From: Candidatus Omnitrophota bacterium
GTDB lineage: Bacteria > Omnitrophota > Gorgyraeia > Gygaellales > Profunditerraquicolaceae
Assembly: GCA_018822885.1 (NCBI GenBank)
Contig: JAHJJA010000149.1
Coordinates: 771-64,770 of the forward strand
Length of the DNA: 64,000 nt
Direction of reading: 5' to 3'
Part shown: one piece after another, positions 1 to 8,551 of the stretch
Layout of the letters: the number at the start of each line of letters is the position of its first letter
Position numbering within the stretch: position 1 is the first letter of the stretch
Program-made: the position numbers and the translations under genes
The notes under the pieces: model-generated
Databases searched by the model: none
The model's input: only the letters and a program-made list of their open reading frames with translations
What the model was told of the DNA's origin: nothing

Positions 1-58
1 TTACCTTTGGGTCTATTCTAACAATCCTGTATTTCTTTGGTCTGCCTCGAGCTTGCAT
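1..58 (-). CDS. N-terminus of probable DUF134/UPF0251 DNA-binding protein (runs off window)
   Basis: ATG at 58 gives MQARGRPKKYRIVRIDPKV, resembling the RPKK-R start of DUF134 proteins. Confidence 0.45.
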   Translation of the reverse strand, partial: MQARGRPKKYRIVRIDPKV

Positions 59-124
59 TTACTTAACCTTACCTACTTTTAACCCCGTATTTATAATGAG
101 TACATACTCTTTAATAATTATTTT

Positions 125-151
125 AAAGGGCCTGCAAACCGCAGGCCCTTT
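125..151. terminator. Intrinsic terminator hairpin
   Basis: AAAGGGCCTGC-aaacc-GCAGGCCCTTT, downstream of the minus-strand gene ending at 186. Confidence 0.8.
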
Positions 152-185
152 TGTTACCGAAGCAACACACTAATACATACGAAAA

Positions 186-440
186 CTACCTTTTCATCAT
201 CTTCGGCTGATACTTTAAAACGATAGGACAAGGACCTTTTTTGACAGAAAGTTTATAGAACGCCTTTCCAACTATTGTCAATACAGCTAAAGCAATGATC
301 AGAGTCCCTATAGCAAACCCGATACTCCTTAAATTCTTTTCTTCCCTGTTTGCAAAATAAAGAACGATATAGCCTAAAGCAAGAGCTACTAATAAATCCG
401 AGAAACCGGCACCACCCATGCAACCCATCGCCCTCATCAT
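186..440 (-). CDS. Small two-TM membrane protein
   Basis: Two hydrophobic segments; strong GGAGG SD upstream. Confidence 0.65.
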   Translation of the reverse strand: MMRAMGCMGGAGFSDLLVALALGYIVLYFANREEKNLRSIGFAIGTLIIALAVLTIVGKAFYKLSVKKGPCPIVLKYQPKMMKR

Positions 441-455
441 CTTCCTCCTCCTTTT

Positions 456-641
456 TTAAATTTCCGTTTCTTTTATTAACTTGCGGTAATACTCAACGCA
501 CTCGTGGCAGGTTTTTCCATCCTTCTTCCATTCCGGATGATCACGCAAGATCAGCTCCATTATATACTCCTCTGCCTTGGCGTGCGCAAGGCTGGCAAAC
601 TCATCAATATCCCGATTGCAAATCTGGCATCTGTATTTCAT
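456..641 (-). CDS. Small putative Zn-binding protein
   Basis: CQIC...H and CHEC motifs; start at 641 overlaps upstream stop (TAATG). Confidence 0.65.
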   Translation of the reverse strand: MKYRCQICNRDIDEFASLAHAKAEEYIMELILRDHPEWKKDGKTCHECVEYYRKLIKETEI

Positions 642-826
642 TATCTTAAGCAATCGCTGCGCCAACAGCAGGCCATCTGAACGCAAACCCCGCTTTTAGG
701 CGTCCCAAAACAAGGATAGTTCCCTTCGACCTTCTGAATAGATTTTATAAGGTCCTTTTTTGAAAATTTCCAGGTATCCTTTACGCCTGCCCCCCTAGCC
801 TTCTTTTCAATCTCTGACAACCTCAT
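641..826 (-). CDS. SAP/Rho-N-like small protein with Cys-rich tail
   Basis: KKDLIKSIQKVEGNYPCFG...C-Q-x-x-CCWR-x-DC; strong SD. Confidence 0.7.
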   Translation of the reverse strand: MRLSEIEKKARGAGVKDTWKFSKKDLIKSIQKVEGNYPCFGTPKSGVCVQMACCWRSDCLR

Positions 827-845
827 CTCTCCCTCCTCCTTTTTG

Positions 846-1232
846 TTATACCTTGCAAACCAAATCGTGCTGCCTGACCCTAGATGCCACTAAAAGACCT
901 ATTTCCTGACCCTTCTTTGCCTCATCTATAATCTCGTGATCTAACTGCATAGAAACTACACCTTGAGTAAAATCAGTAGTGTGCCCTTTAATCTTAATTG
1001 TATCTCCTGCCTTTAAGGGCCCCTTAAGTTTCACCACAGCCGCTCTTACCTTTGGGAAATAATGCGTGATCACCCCAATTACGTTTTCTTTGATACGGGG
1101 CTTCTTCGCAACAGGCTTTTTTACCGGCTTCTTTATTGCTCTTTTCTTAATAGCCGGCTTTTTCTTTATTGACCTCTTAACCGACTTTTTCTTGGCTGCT
1201 TTCTTTATTACCTTCTTCTTTTTTACCGGCAT
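846..1232 (-). CDS. Lys-rich histone-H1-like N-terminus fused to translation-factor-like beta-barrel
   Basis: About 48 aa of K/A/P-rich sequence, then IGVITHYFPK...GDTIKIKGHTTDFTQ-V-SMQ. Confidence 0.75.
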   Translation of the reverse strand: MPVKKKKVIKKAAKKKSVKRSIKKKPAIKKRAIKKPVKKPVAKKPRIKENVIGVITHYFPKVRAAVVKLKGPLKAGDTIKIKGHTTDFTQGVVSMQLDHEIIDEAKKGQEIGLLVASRVRQHDLVCKV

Positions 1233-1263
1233 TGCAACCCCCCTTCACAAAAAGAATCACCTA

Positions 1264-1590
1264 TTAGAGGCTGATTTTCTCTGCTGCGTTAGAAATCCAG
1301 GGCAAGCCGAAGAAAACGCCTTTATAGGCATTATATGCCCCCAGCAAAGAAACAACTATAAAAATCGCCACGCCAAACACTCTATAGAACCAGCCTAAAG
1401 GCGGCACGATAGAAAAAATAAAACCGACGACTTCAATGACGAAAAGCACCAGGCCCTGCTTGGCGTGATAAAGAACAAATTTATTATCTTTTTTTAAGAG
1501 CAGACTTACAACACAAAGAAAACTTATATATGAAATAACGGCAAAAAATTTGCCTTCCTCTACCTCTTTATTCCTTATAGCCTCTTTCAT
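1264..1590 (-). CDS. DUF4870-like membrane protein
   Basis: SYISFLC...FVLYHAKQGLVLF...AYKG...LPWI; 3 TM segments. Confidence 0.75.
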   Translation of the reverse strand: MKEAIRNKEVEEGKFFAVISYISFLCVVSLLLKKDNKFVLYHAKQGLVLFVIEVVGFIFSIVPPLGWFYRVFGVAIFIVVSLLGAYNAYKGVFFGLPWISNAAEKISL

Positions 1591-1602
1591 TTAAAGGAGT
1601 TC

Positions 1603-2706
1603 TTAAGCTGTTTTCTTGCTCGCTACCTCAAGCAAAGAATCCATTTGGCCGTAAGGATTCATTTCACTCAAAGGATTTCCTGAATCTTCGGTCCATTTGC
1701 CATCTATAACAAAACGATAGTGATACCTTCCTTTGGCAAGATTTACACTCTTTCTCCATGTACCGTTATCCGCTTTTTCCATGCGGCCGGAATCGCCTAG
1801 CTGCCAGTTGTTAAAATCACCGGCAACATATACCTCTTTGGCATCAGGGGCAGAGATTGAAAGCACCACTTCAGAGAGCCTGGGCAGTTTCTCTTTGATC
1901 ATTTCCGACATCTTTTTTTCAAGCTTCTTCGTCGTAACTTCTACAGCCGGTTCATCCATCATGATCATTTCACGGGAAAGGCTGAAGTAATCTTTTGCGC
2001 CGCGGCAATATTTATCAAAGTTTAAGATATGCGTGCCTTCATTCTGGGCCTCTTTAAGCTTGACATTCACGTGGATAATATTACTAAAGAGCTTTCCCGC
2101 GAAGGTAGCCTTTATCTTATCCAGCATCTTAAAAGAATGCCTTAGGCGGGAATCAAAGTTAGTCACCAGTATTTTATATTTCACCTCGTGAGAAAGCCTG
2201 TCTCTTACCAGCTCGATTATTCCTACTAACTGACCCAAGCCTTCAAGAGAGAATCTGCTAGCCTCAACAGGAATGATTATCTCCCTGCTTGCGCGGATCG
2301 CATTGATAGTCAAGATGCCTAGATTCGGGGGGCAATCAATAAGGACATAATCATAACTGCCCTTAAAACCATTCAAGACTTCCCAAAGACGGGATTCCCT
2401 TCCGATTTCTCCGGAAAGCTCCTGCTCAAGAGTACTTAATATAATACTTGAAGGCGCAATATCAAAATTTGCGCCGATATTCTGGATTATATTCTCAAGG
2501 CGGGCTTTTTTATTTGTAAGCTTTGAAAGGACATTATAGATGCTAAACTCGGATTTGATGTTGAGCCCTAAAGTCGCGTGAGACTGCGGATCAAGGTCTA
2601 TTAATAGGATCTTCTTGCCGTTTACTGCCAGATTTGCCGCCAGATTTATTGCAGTAGTAGTCTTACCGCATCCACCCTTTTGATTCGTGATGGAAATAAT
2701 GCGCAT
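1603..2706 (-). CDS. ParA/Soj-family ATPase fused to C-terminal CBM48 (AMPK-beta-like) glycogen-binding domain
   Basis: Deviant Walker A KGGCGKTT, DLDPQ, IDCPP; C-terminal APDAKEVYVAGDFNNW...GRYHYRFVIDGKW. Confidence 0.9.
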   Translation of the reverse strand: MRIISITNQKGGCGKTTTAINLAANLAVNGKKILLIDLDPQSHATLGLNIKSEFSIYNVLSKLTNKKARLENIIQNIGANFDIAPSSIILSTLEQELSGEIGRESRLWEVLNGFKGSYDYVLIDCPPNLGILTINAIRASREIIIPVEASRFSLEGLGQLVGIIELVRDRLSHEVKYKILVTNFDSRLRHSFKMLDKIKATFAGKLFSNIIHVNVKLKEAQNEGTHILNFDKYCRGAKDYFSLSREMIMMDEPAVEVTTKKLEKKMSEMIKEKLPRLSEVVLSISAPDAKEVYVAGDFNNWQLGDSGRMEKADNGTWRKSVNLAKGRYHYRFVIDGKWTEDSGNPLSEMNPYGQMDSLLEVASKKTA

Positions 2707-2724
2707 AAAGATACTCCTTTCTTT

Positions 2725-3288
2725 TTACTTCAATAATCTCACGTTGTCTATGTAAACTACACCCTTCTTCTCTCTTGCGTTCCACTCCTCAACGGCAAAA
2801 GAAAGGTTCTCCATCTGTGACCAGTCGCTGATCCCCTTAAACTGAGACAAGTCTATTTTGTAATCAGTCCATTTATGAGGAATATTCCTAAAATAGACTT
2901 CTGATTTCTCCCTGTAATTACTGGTAAACTCGACGCGTAAAGTAATGTTATCCTGAAAATTGGCTTTCTTCACAGCAAAACCTACTTTGCTGTAACGGCT
3001 GACATCCAGTTTATTTAAATTAAGGGTAAAGATTTCTTTTTTGGCGGGATCGAAATTAAAATTTATCTTCAGGGCTTCGGGGGCCAATATAAGCTCTACT
3101 TCTTTGTTAAGAGATCTATTTTTCGGAACAAAAAAAACCAGTGTCGTGCCTAAACCGAATAAAAAGATCAAAGCGCCCGTAAAAATATTCTTTATGAGTA
3201 CTGAATCGACCTTAGATTTATTATCTTTTTTTGAAGAGGCATCCAGATAGATCTTCGCCAGATGCTCGTATATATCTTTCTTATCCAT
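2725..3288 (-). CDS. Single-TM protein with CBM11/CIA30-like beta-sandwich domain
   Basis: TM at ~aa 31-54; W-x-x-Y-x-I-x-L-x-x-F and GVVYIDNVRL C-terminus typical of galactose-binding-like folds. Confidence 0.7.
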   Translation of the reverse strand: MDKKDIYEHLAKIYLDASSKKDNKSKVDSVLIKNIFTGALIFLFGLGTTLVFFVPKNRSLNKEVELILAPEALKINFNFDPAKKEIFTLNLNKLDVSRYSKVGFAVKKANFQDNITLRVEFTSNYREKSEVYFRNIPHKWTDYKIDLSQFKGISDWSQMENLSFAVEEWNAREKKGVVYIDNVRLLK

Positions 3289-3296
3289 ATCGGAAT

Positions 3297-3325
3297 TTTA
3301 TAACACAAAACCCTTGTTATGTCAA
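3297..3325 (-). promoter_or_regulatory. Sigma70 promoter, near-leaderless
   Basis: TTGACA-17-TATAAA with extended TG, 8 nt before ATG at 3288. Confidence 0.75.
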
Positions 3326-3353
3326 TAGGTTATTGACTTATTAAAAGAATTTC

Positions 3354-4925
3354 TTATTCGATGGGCCTTTGTAAATACTCCGGGGTTTCTTTACCTATAA
3401 TATTGTAGAAATTTGACATATGGACCCGAAACAACCTATCGAAACTACCTCCCGGATCTTCACCATACCACCAAAACCAATCGCTTCCCTCTAGTATATG
3501 CATCTGCTTCCACGCCAAACTTAAGTCCTTACCTGCCCCAAGTTTATCGAAGGGTGAGTTTGCAACCTCCTCCAATTCTTTCCTTGCCTTGGCTAAATAC
3601 TCCCATGCGCGCACCTTTTGGGGCATCCCGATCCATTTACCGAAATCTCCGAAAATCCATGAACCGGCAGCAAGCCTTTTAATATTAAACTGTGGCGGAA
3701 ATTCTTTAAGATACTCGCTAACAGTTACGGATTTAATATTCCTGGATTCCGATAATCCCTGATAAAGCGCATTTAAGAAATCATGCCCGTCATTCGCGTA
3801 ATATTCCCAGGCATTCTCTCCATCCATAGCGATAGTGACAAGGCTGTCTTCATCCTTAAACGCCTTTGCCGTATTCTCCAAATGCTTGATGAAATCCTTC
3901 GCCGCATCATTCGGGTCCCATTTATGATAAACAAAACCTATTAAATCAGAAAGGTTCCTATCGCGAAAAATTATATTTAATTCTCCATCTTTTCTTTTTA
4001 ATAAATGCGGCTGATAAAGTAGGCCCGTATCCCGCTTCTTTCTCCTCAATGATTTAAAAAGGATGGCCTCATCCGTGACTATCCACTTGATGCCGCATTG
4101 CATAAAAAACGGGAGTATCTCTTCGCATACAGACTCCTCCGATGGCCACATACCGCAAGGCATAATTCCAAACCTCTGTTTATAAAACTCAACCGCGCTC
4201 TCAACTTGTTCTTTTGCATCCTGGGGAAAAGAAAATTCTATTCTCGGCAAGAGTGTCTTAGGATTAGCCTCCTTCGCCAGGTTAGTGCTGTAGAGTAATG
4301 GTAAAATAGGATGATAATACGGAGTAACCGAGACTTCGATCTGCCCCTTTTTAATCGATCTATTGTAACCGGGAATTATATCTTTTAGAATCTCAAGGTG
4401 CTTATCAAGGACAGCATGCTTTTCATCTTCGGTGAAATAACGCGCCTTTCTTACTGCGTTTCGTAACTCCGGAAAGCCCTCCCTGAAAGACGGGTCGATC
4501 CAGGCTAAATTAAATAATACCTGCAGATCAAGATAGTCCTGCGTATCGAATTGACAATGGCCTTGTTTTTTAAAATACAGTTCATAATAACGAGGAAAAA
4601 CGGAAACGACTTTATCAGGGTTGATTGAAAAGAAATTTTGCAGGATAAATTCTTTCTCCTGATAAGAGAGCTCTTCTGCTTTCTTATAAGAGAACTCTAA
4701 AAACTTATCTTTTACGGCGTGATTATTATAATCCTCTATCTGTTCGAATAAAGACGGGACAATATTAAAGGTCTGATGTATCGCGGGATAATTATCAAGG
4801 ATCTGCACCATATCCAGGTAATCCTTGACTCCGTGAAGCCGCACCCAAGGAAGCTCTGACTCCTGCGTCAGGATATTCTTGTAATACGGCTGGTGCATGT
4901 GGAAGATAAATGCGAGATATAACAT
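3354..4925 (-). CDS. Glycoside hydrolase family 57 (amylopullulanase-like)
   Basis: HMHQP, PWVRLH, PYYHPILPL, WPSE, DGENAWE, EGSDWFWW. Confidence 0.92.
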   Translation of the reverse strand: MLYLAFIFHMHQPYYKNILTQESELPWVRLHGVKDYLDMVQILDNYPAIHQTFNIVPSLFEQIEDYNNHAVKDKFLEFSYKKAEELSYQEKEFILQNFFSINPDKVVSVFPRYYELYFKKQGHCQFDTQDYLDLQVLFNLAWIDPSFREGFPELRNAVRKARYFTEDEKHAVLDKHLEILKDIIPGYNRSIKKGQIEVSVTPYYHPILPLLYSTNLAKEANPKTLLPRIEFSFPQDAKEQVESAVEFYKQRFGIMPCGMWPSEESVCEEILPFFMQCGIKWIVTDEAILFKSLRRKKRDTGLLYQPHLLKRKDGELNIIFRDRNLSDLIGFVYHKWDPNDAAKDFIKHLENTAKAFKDEDSLVTIAMDGENAWEYYANDGHDFLNALYQGLSESRNIKSVTVSEYLKEFPPQFNIKRLAAGSWIFGDFGKWIGMPQKVRAWEYLAKARKELEEVANSPFDKLGAGKDLSLAWKQMHILEGSDWFWWYGEDPGGSFDRLFRVHMSNFYNIIGKETPEYLQRPIE

Positions 4926-4929
4926 TTAT

Positions 4930-4967
4930 AAAAAAACCCCCGGGAGATTTCTCTCCCGAGGGTCTTT
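4930..4967 (-). terminator. Intrinsic terminator of porin gene
   Basis: ACCCTCGGGAGA/TCTCCCGGGGGT stem plus T-run on minus strand, ending a few nt before the GH57 ATG. Confidence 0.7.
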
Positions 4968-4984
4968 GTTTTTACATGAACTGC

Positions 4985-6340
4985 TTAGAAAGTAACCTTC
5001 ATTGAACCAACTAATTCGGTAGCAACGCTTCTGTTTCCGTGATCAGTGCAATCCTGCTTATCGAATGCGCCACCCGGCATAAATATGCCGCCTAAGAGGT
5101 TGAACTGCACATCTTCAGTGTAATCATAAGTCAATGTGGCATCGATTTCCGAGCCGACATATTTTTTATGATTCATTGTGATGGTATCGCCTCTTAATGT
5201 TTGGAGTACCTGTTTGTCACCGTATTTCTTATCCCACCAATAGGCAAAATACTCGCCTTTTACGGTAAGATCGTCCTTAGGCTTGAATACGACGTTTCCG
5301 CCTAATACGTGCGCATTGCTTTGAGGAATCAATGCATTGGCAATGTCACCGGTTTTCTGGTCCTCAAACATCGGATCCCAACCTCTGTAGTAATTCTTGT
5401 TACCCTTGTTTCCCTGGAAGAAGCAATAAATACCAGTGACGGTCGGGCTGTACTTTACATTCTTCAGGTTATAAGAAACCATAACCTCGCCGCCAAAAGC
5501 CCCTCTTGACTGAACATCAGTCTTTGAAAGAGCGCCGGTGTTGTACTTACCAAGCTGATAAGCTGCTTCGACTGAATAGGTCAATGCATCAAGCGGTGCA
5601 CCTGCTATACGCACGCCGGGAACAATGACTTTGTCAGACTTGCTGTGTCCGGAAGCAACCTGATAATTCTTTTTTCTTGTTTCTTTTGCCCAGACATAAC
5701 CTTCGATTGTGGTCTTTTTATCAAGCATGTAATTAGCGTTGATACCATAAAGGTTGATGTCATCGTTATTGTTAAGTACTTTTTCGCTAACCTTAGCCAG
5801 TACAACATCAATGACTAAAGGATCATAGTTCAATGTAGCACGGACCGCGTCAAATGACTTGCGAGTGCTAAGATCCCAATCGCGTCCTGCACCACCAAAT
5901 GCGCTGGAGGTAGGTGCGGATTCAGGAAATGATGTTCCAATGATCATAGCATTTCCGAAACGAAGCTCCTGGCGACCGATAGTCAAGGTCAAAGGTGAAT
6001 ACAGGAACTCTTTCAATGTCGCATAGGCTAAATCGATATCGATCTTGGAGTTATTTGTTGTAGCATCATCATCCTGATTACCCCAATATCTGTCGTTTAA
6101 AAGCCTTACGGTTGTAGACACATTGTCAGTAAGGTCTGCATCAACTCTTACGCGGACAATGCTTGCGAAAGCTCTCTCATCCTTAAGACCAGCCTTTGAA
6201 TCTAAACCAAAGTTATTGCGAGCGATGCCGTACATGTTCAAATCACCGCTAACTTTAACATTCTGCACTTCGGCGTATGCGGCAAAAGCAATACCGACCA
6301 CAAACGCTAAGGCCAGAACTAACATTAAATGTTTCTTCAT
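4985..6340 (-). CDS. Outer-membrane beta-barrel, alginate-export (AlgE-like) family
   Basis: Signal peptide, LTIGRQELRFG, FDAVRA, GSEID motifs, terminal Phe. Confidence 0.8.
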   Translation of the reverse strand: MKKHLMLVLALAFVVGIAFAAYAEVQNVKVSGDLNMYGIARNNFGLDSKAGLKDERAFASIVRVRVDADLTDNVSTTVRLLNDRYWGNQDDDATTNNSKIDIDLAYATLKEFLYSPLTLTIGRQELRFGNAMIIGTSFPESAPTSSAFGGAGRDWDLSTRKSFDAVRATLNYDPLVIDVVLAKVSEKVLNNNDDINLYGINANYMLDKKTTIEGYVWAKETRKKNYQVASGHSKSDKVIVPGVRIAGAPLDALTYSVEAAYQLGKYNTGALSKTDVQSRGAFGGEVMVSYNLKNVKYSPTVTGIYCFFQGNKGNKNYYRGWDPMFEDQKTGDIANALIPQSNAHVLGGNVVFKPKDDLTVKGEYFAYWWDKKYGDKQVLQTLRGDTITMNHKKYVGSEIDATLTYDYTEDVQFNLLGGIFMPGGAFDKQDCTDHGNRSVATELVGSMKVTF

Positions 6341-6521
6341 TTTGTCTAACCTCCTTAAGAGTAAAATACCAAACTATATTTAACTAGGCTTTCAATGTCC
6401 TAGATAATTACTATATATAGTATATCACCGGATCTTGGCTGACCTTGGACTTGTTTTTATCCTCACCCTCCTCTCCGTCCGAGATTAAAGTCATCTCCAG
6501 TGGTATATCCAAATTTGACTT

Positions 6522-6550
6522 ATTTTTTCACATAACCCCTTACTTGTCAA
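6522..6550 (-). promoter_or_regulatory. Probable promoter of porin gene with ~175-nt leader
   Basis: TTGACA-17-AAAAAT with extended TG. Confidence 0.5.
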
Positions 6551-6565
6551 GAGTTTTTTTAGAAA

Positions 6566-7771
6566 TTACTTTTTAAGCGCCTCTTTGAATTTCCTGGTTA
6601 AAGCAGGAATAACCTGGAAAAGGTCACCGACAATGCCATAAGTAGCTACCTTAAAAATAGGCGCGTCAGGGTCCTTATTTATGGCAATGATGATTTTTGA
6701 GGATTGCATACCCACCAAATGTTGGATTTGGCCTGAAATACCGCAGGCAAAGTAGATCTTAGGAGAAACGGTACGTCCGGTTTGACCGACTTGATGCGAA
6801 TAAGGCATCCAGCCGGAATCTACTGCCGCGCGGGAAGCACCAACCGCAGCGCCCAAAACATGGGCAAATTCTTCCAAAAGCTTAAAGTTTTCAGGACAAC
6901 CAATGCCCCGGCCCCCGGAAACAATGATATCTGCCTCCGCTATATTCACCAGAGACTCAATCTCTTCTACTATATCTAAAAGCTTTGTGCGTGAAAAATA
7001 AACTGAATTATTAAAACTTTCTTTGATGATCTTACCCTTACGATGTTTGTCCGGGGCCATCGGCTGGAAAACTTTATGGCGGACCGTAGCCATCTGTGGC
7101 CGGTAATTCGGGCTGATGATTGTTGCCATGATATTTCCGCCAAAAGCAGGCCGTGTCTGTAAAAGAATCTTTTTTTCAGGATCGATATCTAAACCGGTAC
7201 AATCAGCGGTCAAGCCGGCTTTGATATTTATCGCAACGCGAGAGATCAAAGAACGGCCAATAGCGGTTGCGCCGCATAAAAGGATCTCCGGCTTATATTT
7301 CTTTACTAACTCTACTAAAATATTCGTATAAGGCTCATCCTGAAAATTCGCTATCTCCGGAGCCTCTACCAAATAGATATTATCCGCGCCATGCCAAATC
7401 AATTCATCAAGCTGATCTTCCATATTATTACCGATCAGAACACCGCTGACCTGGCAATTCAATTTCCTGGCTAATTCCTGCGCCTTGCCCAAAAGCTCAT
7501 AAGAGACCGATTGGACCTTGCCGTTTTTTTGCTCAATAAAAACCCATATACCTTTATAATCTTTAATATTCGGCAATTCGCACTTTGCCGGGGTCTTCTC
7601 TAAAAGGATAGCCTTGAATTTACATGCCGGCACACAAGCGCCGCAAAGGGTGCATTTATTAAGGTCTATCTGCGCCTTCTTGTCCATAATACGAATAGCA
7701 TCAAACGGACAAGCCTTGACGCAAAGAGTGCACCCGGTGCATTTTTCGATTATGATCTGGATAGACATCAA
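6566..7771 (-). CDS. etfA: Electron transfer flavoprotein alpha subunit with N-terminal 2x[4Fe-4S] ferredoxin domain
   Basis: [11 protein letters not shown] and [11 protein letters not shown]; [20 protein letters not shown]. Confidence 0.93.
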   Translation of the reverse strand: MMSIQIIIEKCTGCTLCVKACPFDAIRIMDKKAQIDLNKCTLCGACVPACKFKAILLEKTPAKCELPNIKDYKGIWVFIEQKNGKVQSVSYELLGKAQELARKLNCQVSGVLIGNNMEDQLDELIWHGADNIYLVEAPEIANFQDEPYTNILVELVKKYKPEILLCGATAIGRSLISRVAINIKAGLTADCTGLDIDPEKKILLQTRPAFGGNIMATIISPNYRPQMATVRHKVFQPMAPDKHRKGKIIKESFNNSVYFSRTKLLDIVEEIESLVNIAEADIIVSGGRGIGCPENFKLLEEFAHVLGAAVGASRAAVDSGWMPYSHQVGQTGRTVSPKIYFACGISGQIQHLVGMQSSKIIIAINKDPDAPIFKVATYGIVGDLFQVIPALTRKFKEALKK

Positions 7772-8550
7772 TGAACCTCGTCTTTAATCAAGCTTACCAA
7801 TTTCTCGGCTACTTCAGGGATCTCTCCCGACAAGATCTGTCCGCCAGCCCTCTGGGGAGGAGTAAAAATCTTTACCACCTGCGTCGGGGAACCGCACAAA
7901 CCAATACTCTGCGGATCTAAATTAAGCTCCTTCTGTGTCCACACGGTTATCTTGGCTGATTTTGCCTTCATCATACCTTTCAAAGAAGGAAGCCGCGGTT
8001 CATTTATCTCTTTGACCACGGTCAATAGCGCAGGCAAAGGGATTTCAATTACCTCGTAGCCTTCCTCCATCAGTCTCTCCACACGCATAGTCTTATCCTT
8101 TACCTCTTCCACCTTTTTTACATAAGTAACTTGGGGGATGTCTAAATGAGTTGAAATACCTGGCCCAACCTGCGCGGTATCGCCGTCTGAAGCCTGTTTT
8201 CCGCAAATAATCAAATCAAATTCGCCCAGCTTCTTAATAGCTCCGGATAAAGTGTAGCTTGTGGCCCAAGTATCACTTCCGGCAAATGCGCGATCGCCCA
8301 CAAGTACTGCCTCGTCACAACCAAGTGAGATCGCTTCGCGTAAAGCTGCTTCTGCCTGAGGCGGACCCATCGTAAGAACAGTGACCTTGCCTCCGAATTT
8401 CTCCTTAAGCCGCACCCCCTCCTCTATCGCGTACATATCAAAAGGGTTTATTATAGATTTTACTCCCTCGCGGATAAGTGTGTTTGTCTCTGGATTGATC
8501 CGGACTTCGGTAGTCTCTGGGACCTGCTTTATGCAGACGATTATATTCAT
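7768..8550 (-). CDS. etfB: Electron transfer flavoprotein beta subunit
   Basis: CIKQVP, INPFD, AFAGSDTWAT, GKQASDGDTAQVGP. Confidence 0.95.
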   Translation of the reverse strand: MNIIVCIKQVPETTEVRINPETNTLIREGVKSIINPFDMYAIEEGVRLKEKFGGKVTVLTMGPPQAEAALREAISLGCDEAVLVGDRAFAGSDTWATSYTLSGAIKKLGEFDLIICGKQASDGDTAQVGPGISTHLDIPQVTYVKKVEEVKDKTMRVERLMEEGYEVIEIPLPALLTVVKEINEPRLPSLKGMMKAKSAKITVWTQKELNLDPQSIGLCGSPTQVVKIFTPPQRAGGQILSGEIPEVAEKLVSLIKDEVH

Positions 8551-8551
8551 G

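Noticed and set aside
1603-2706. Chromosome-partitioning parAB/parS locus or plasmid origin
   Set aside because: No parB, no parS palindrome noticed by eye, and no rep gene.
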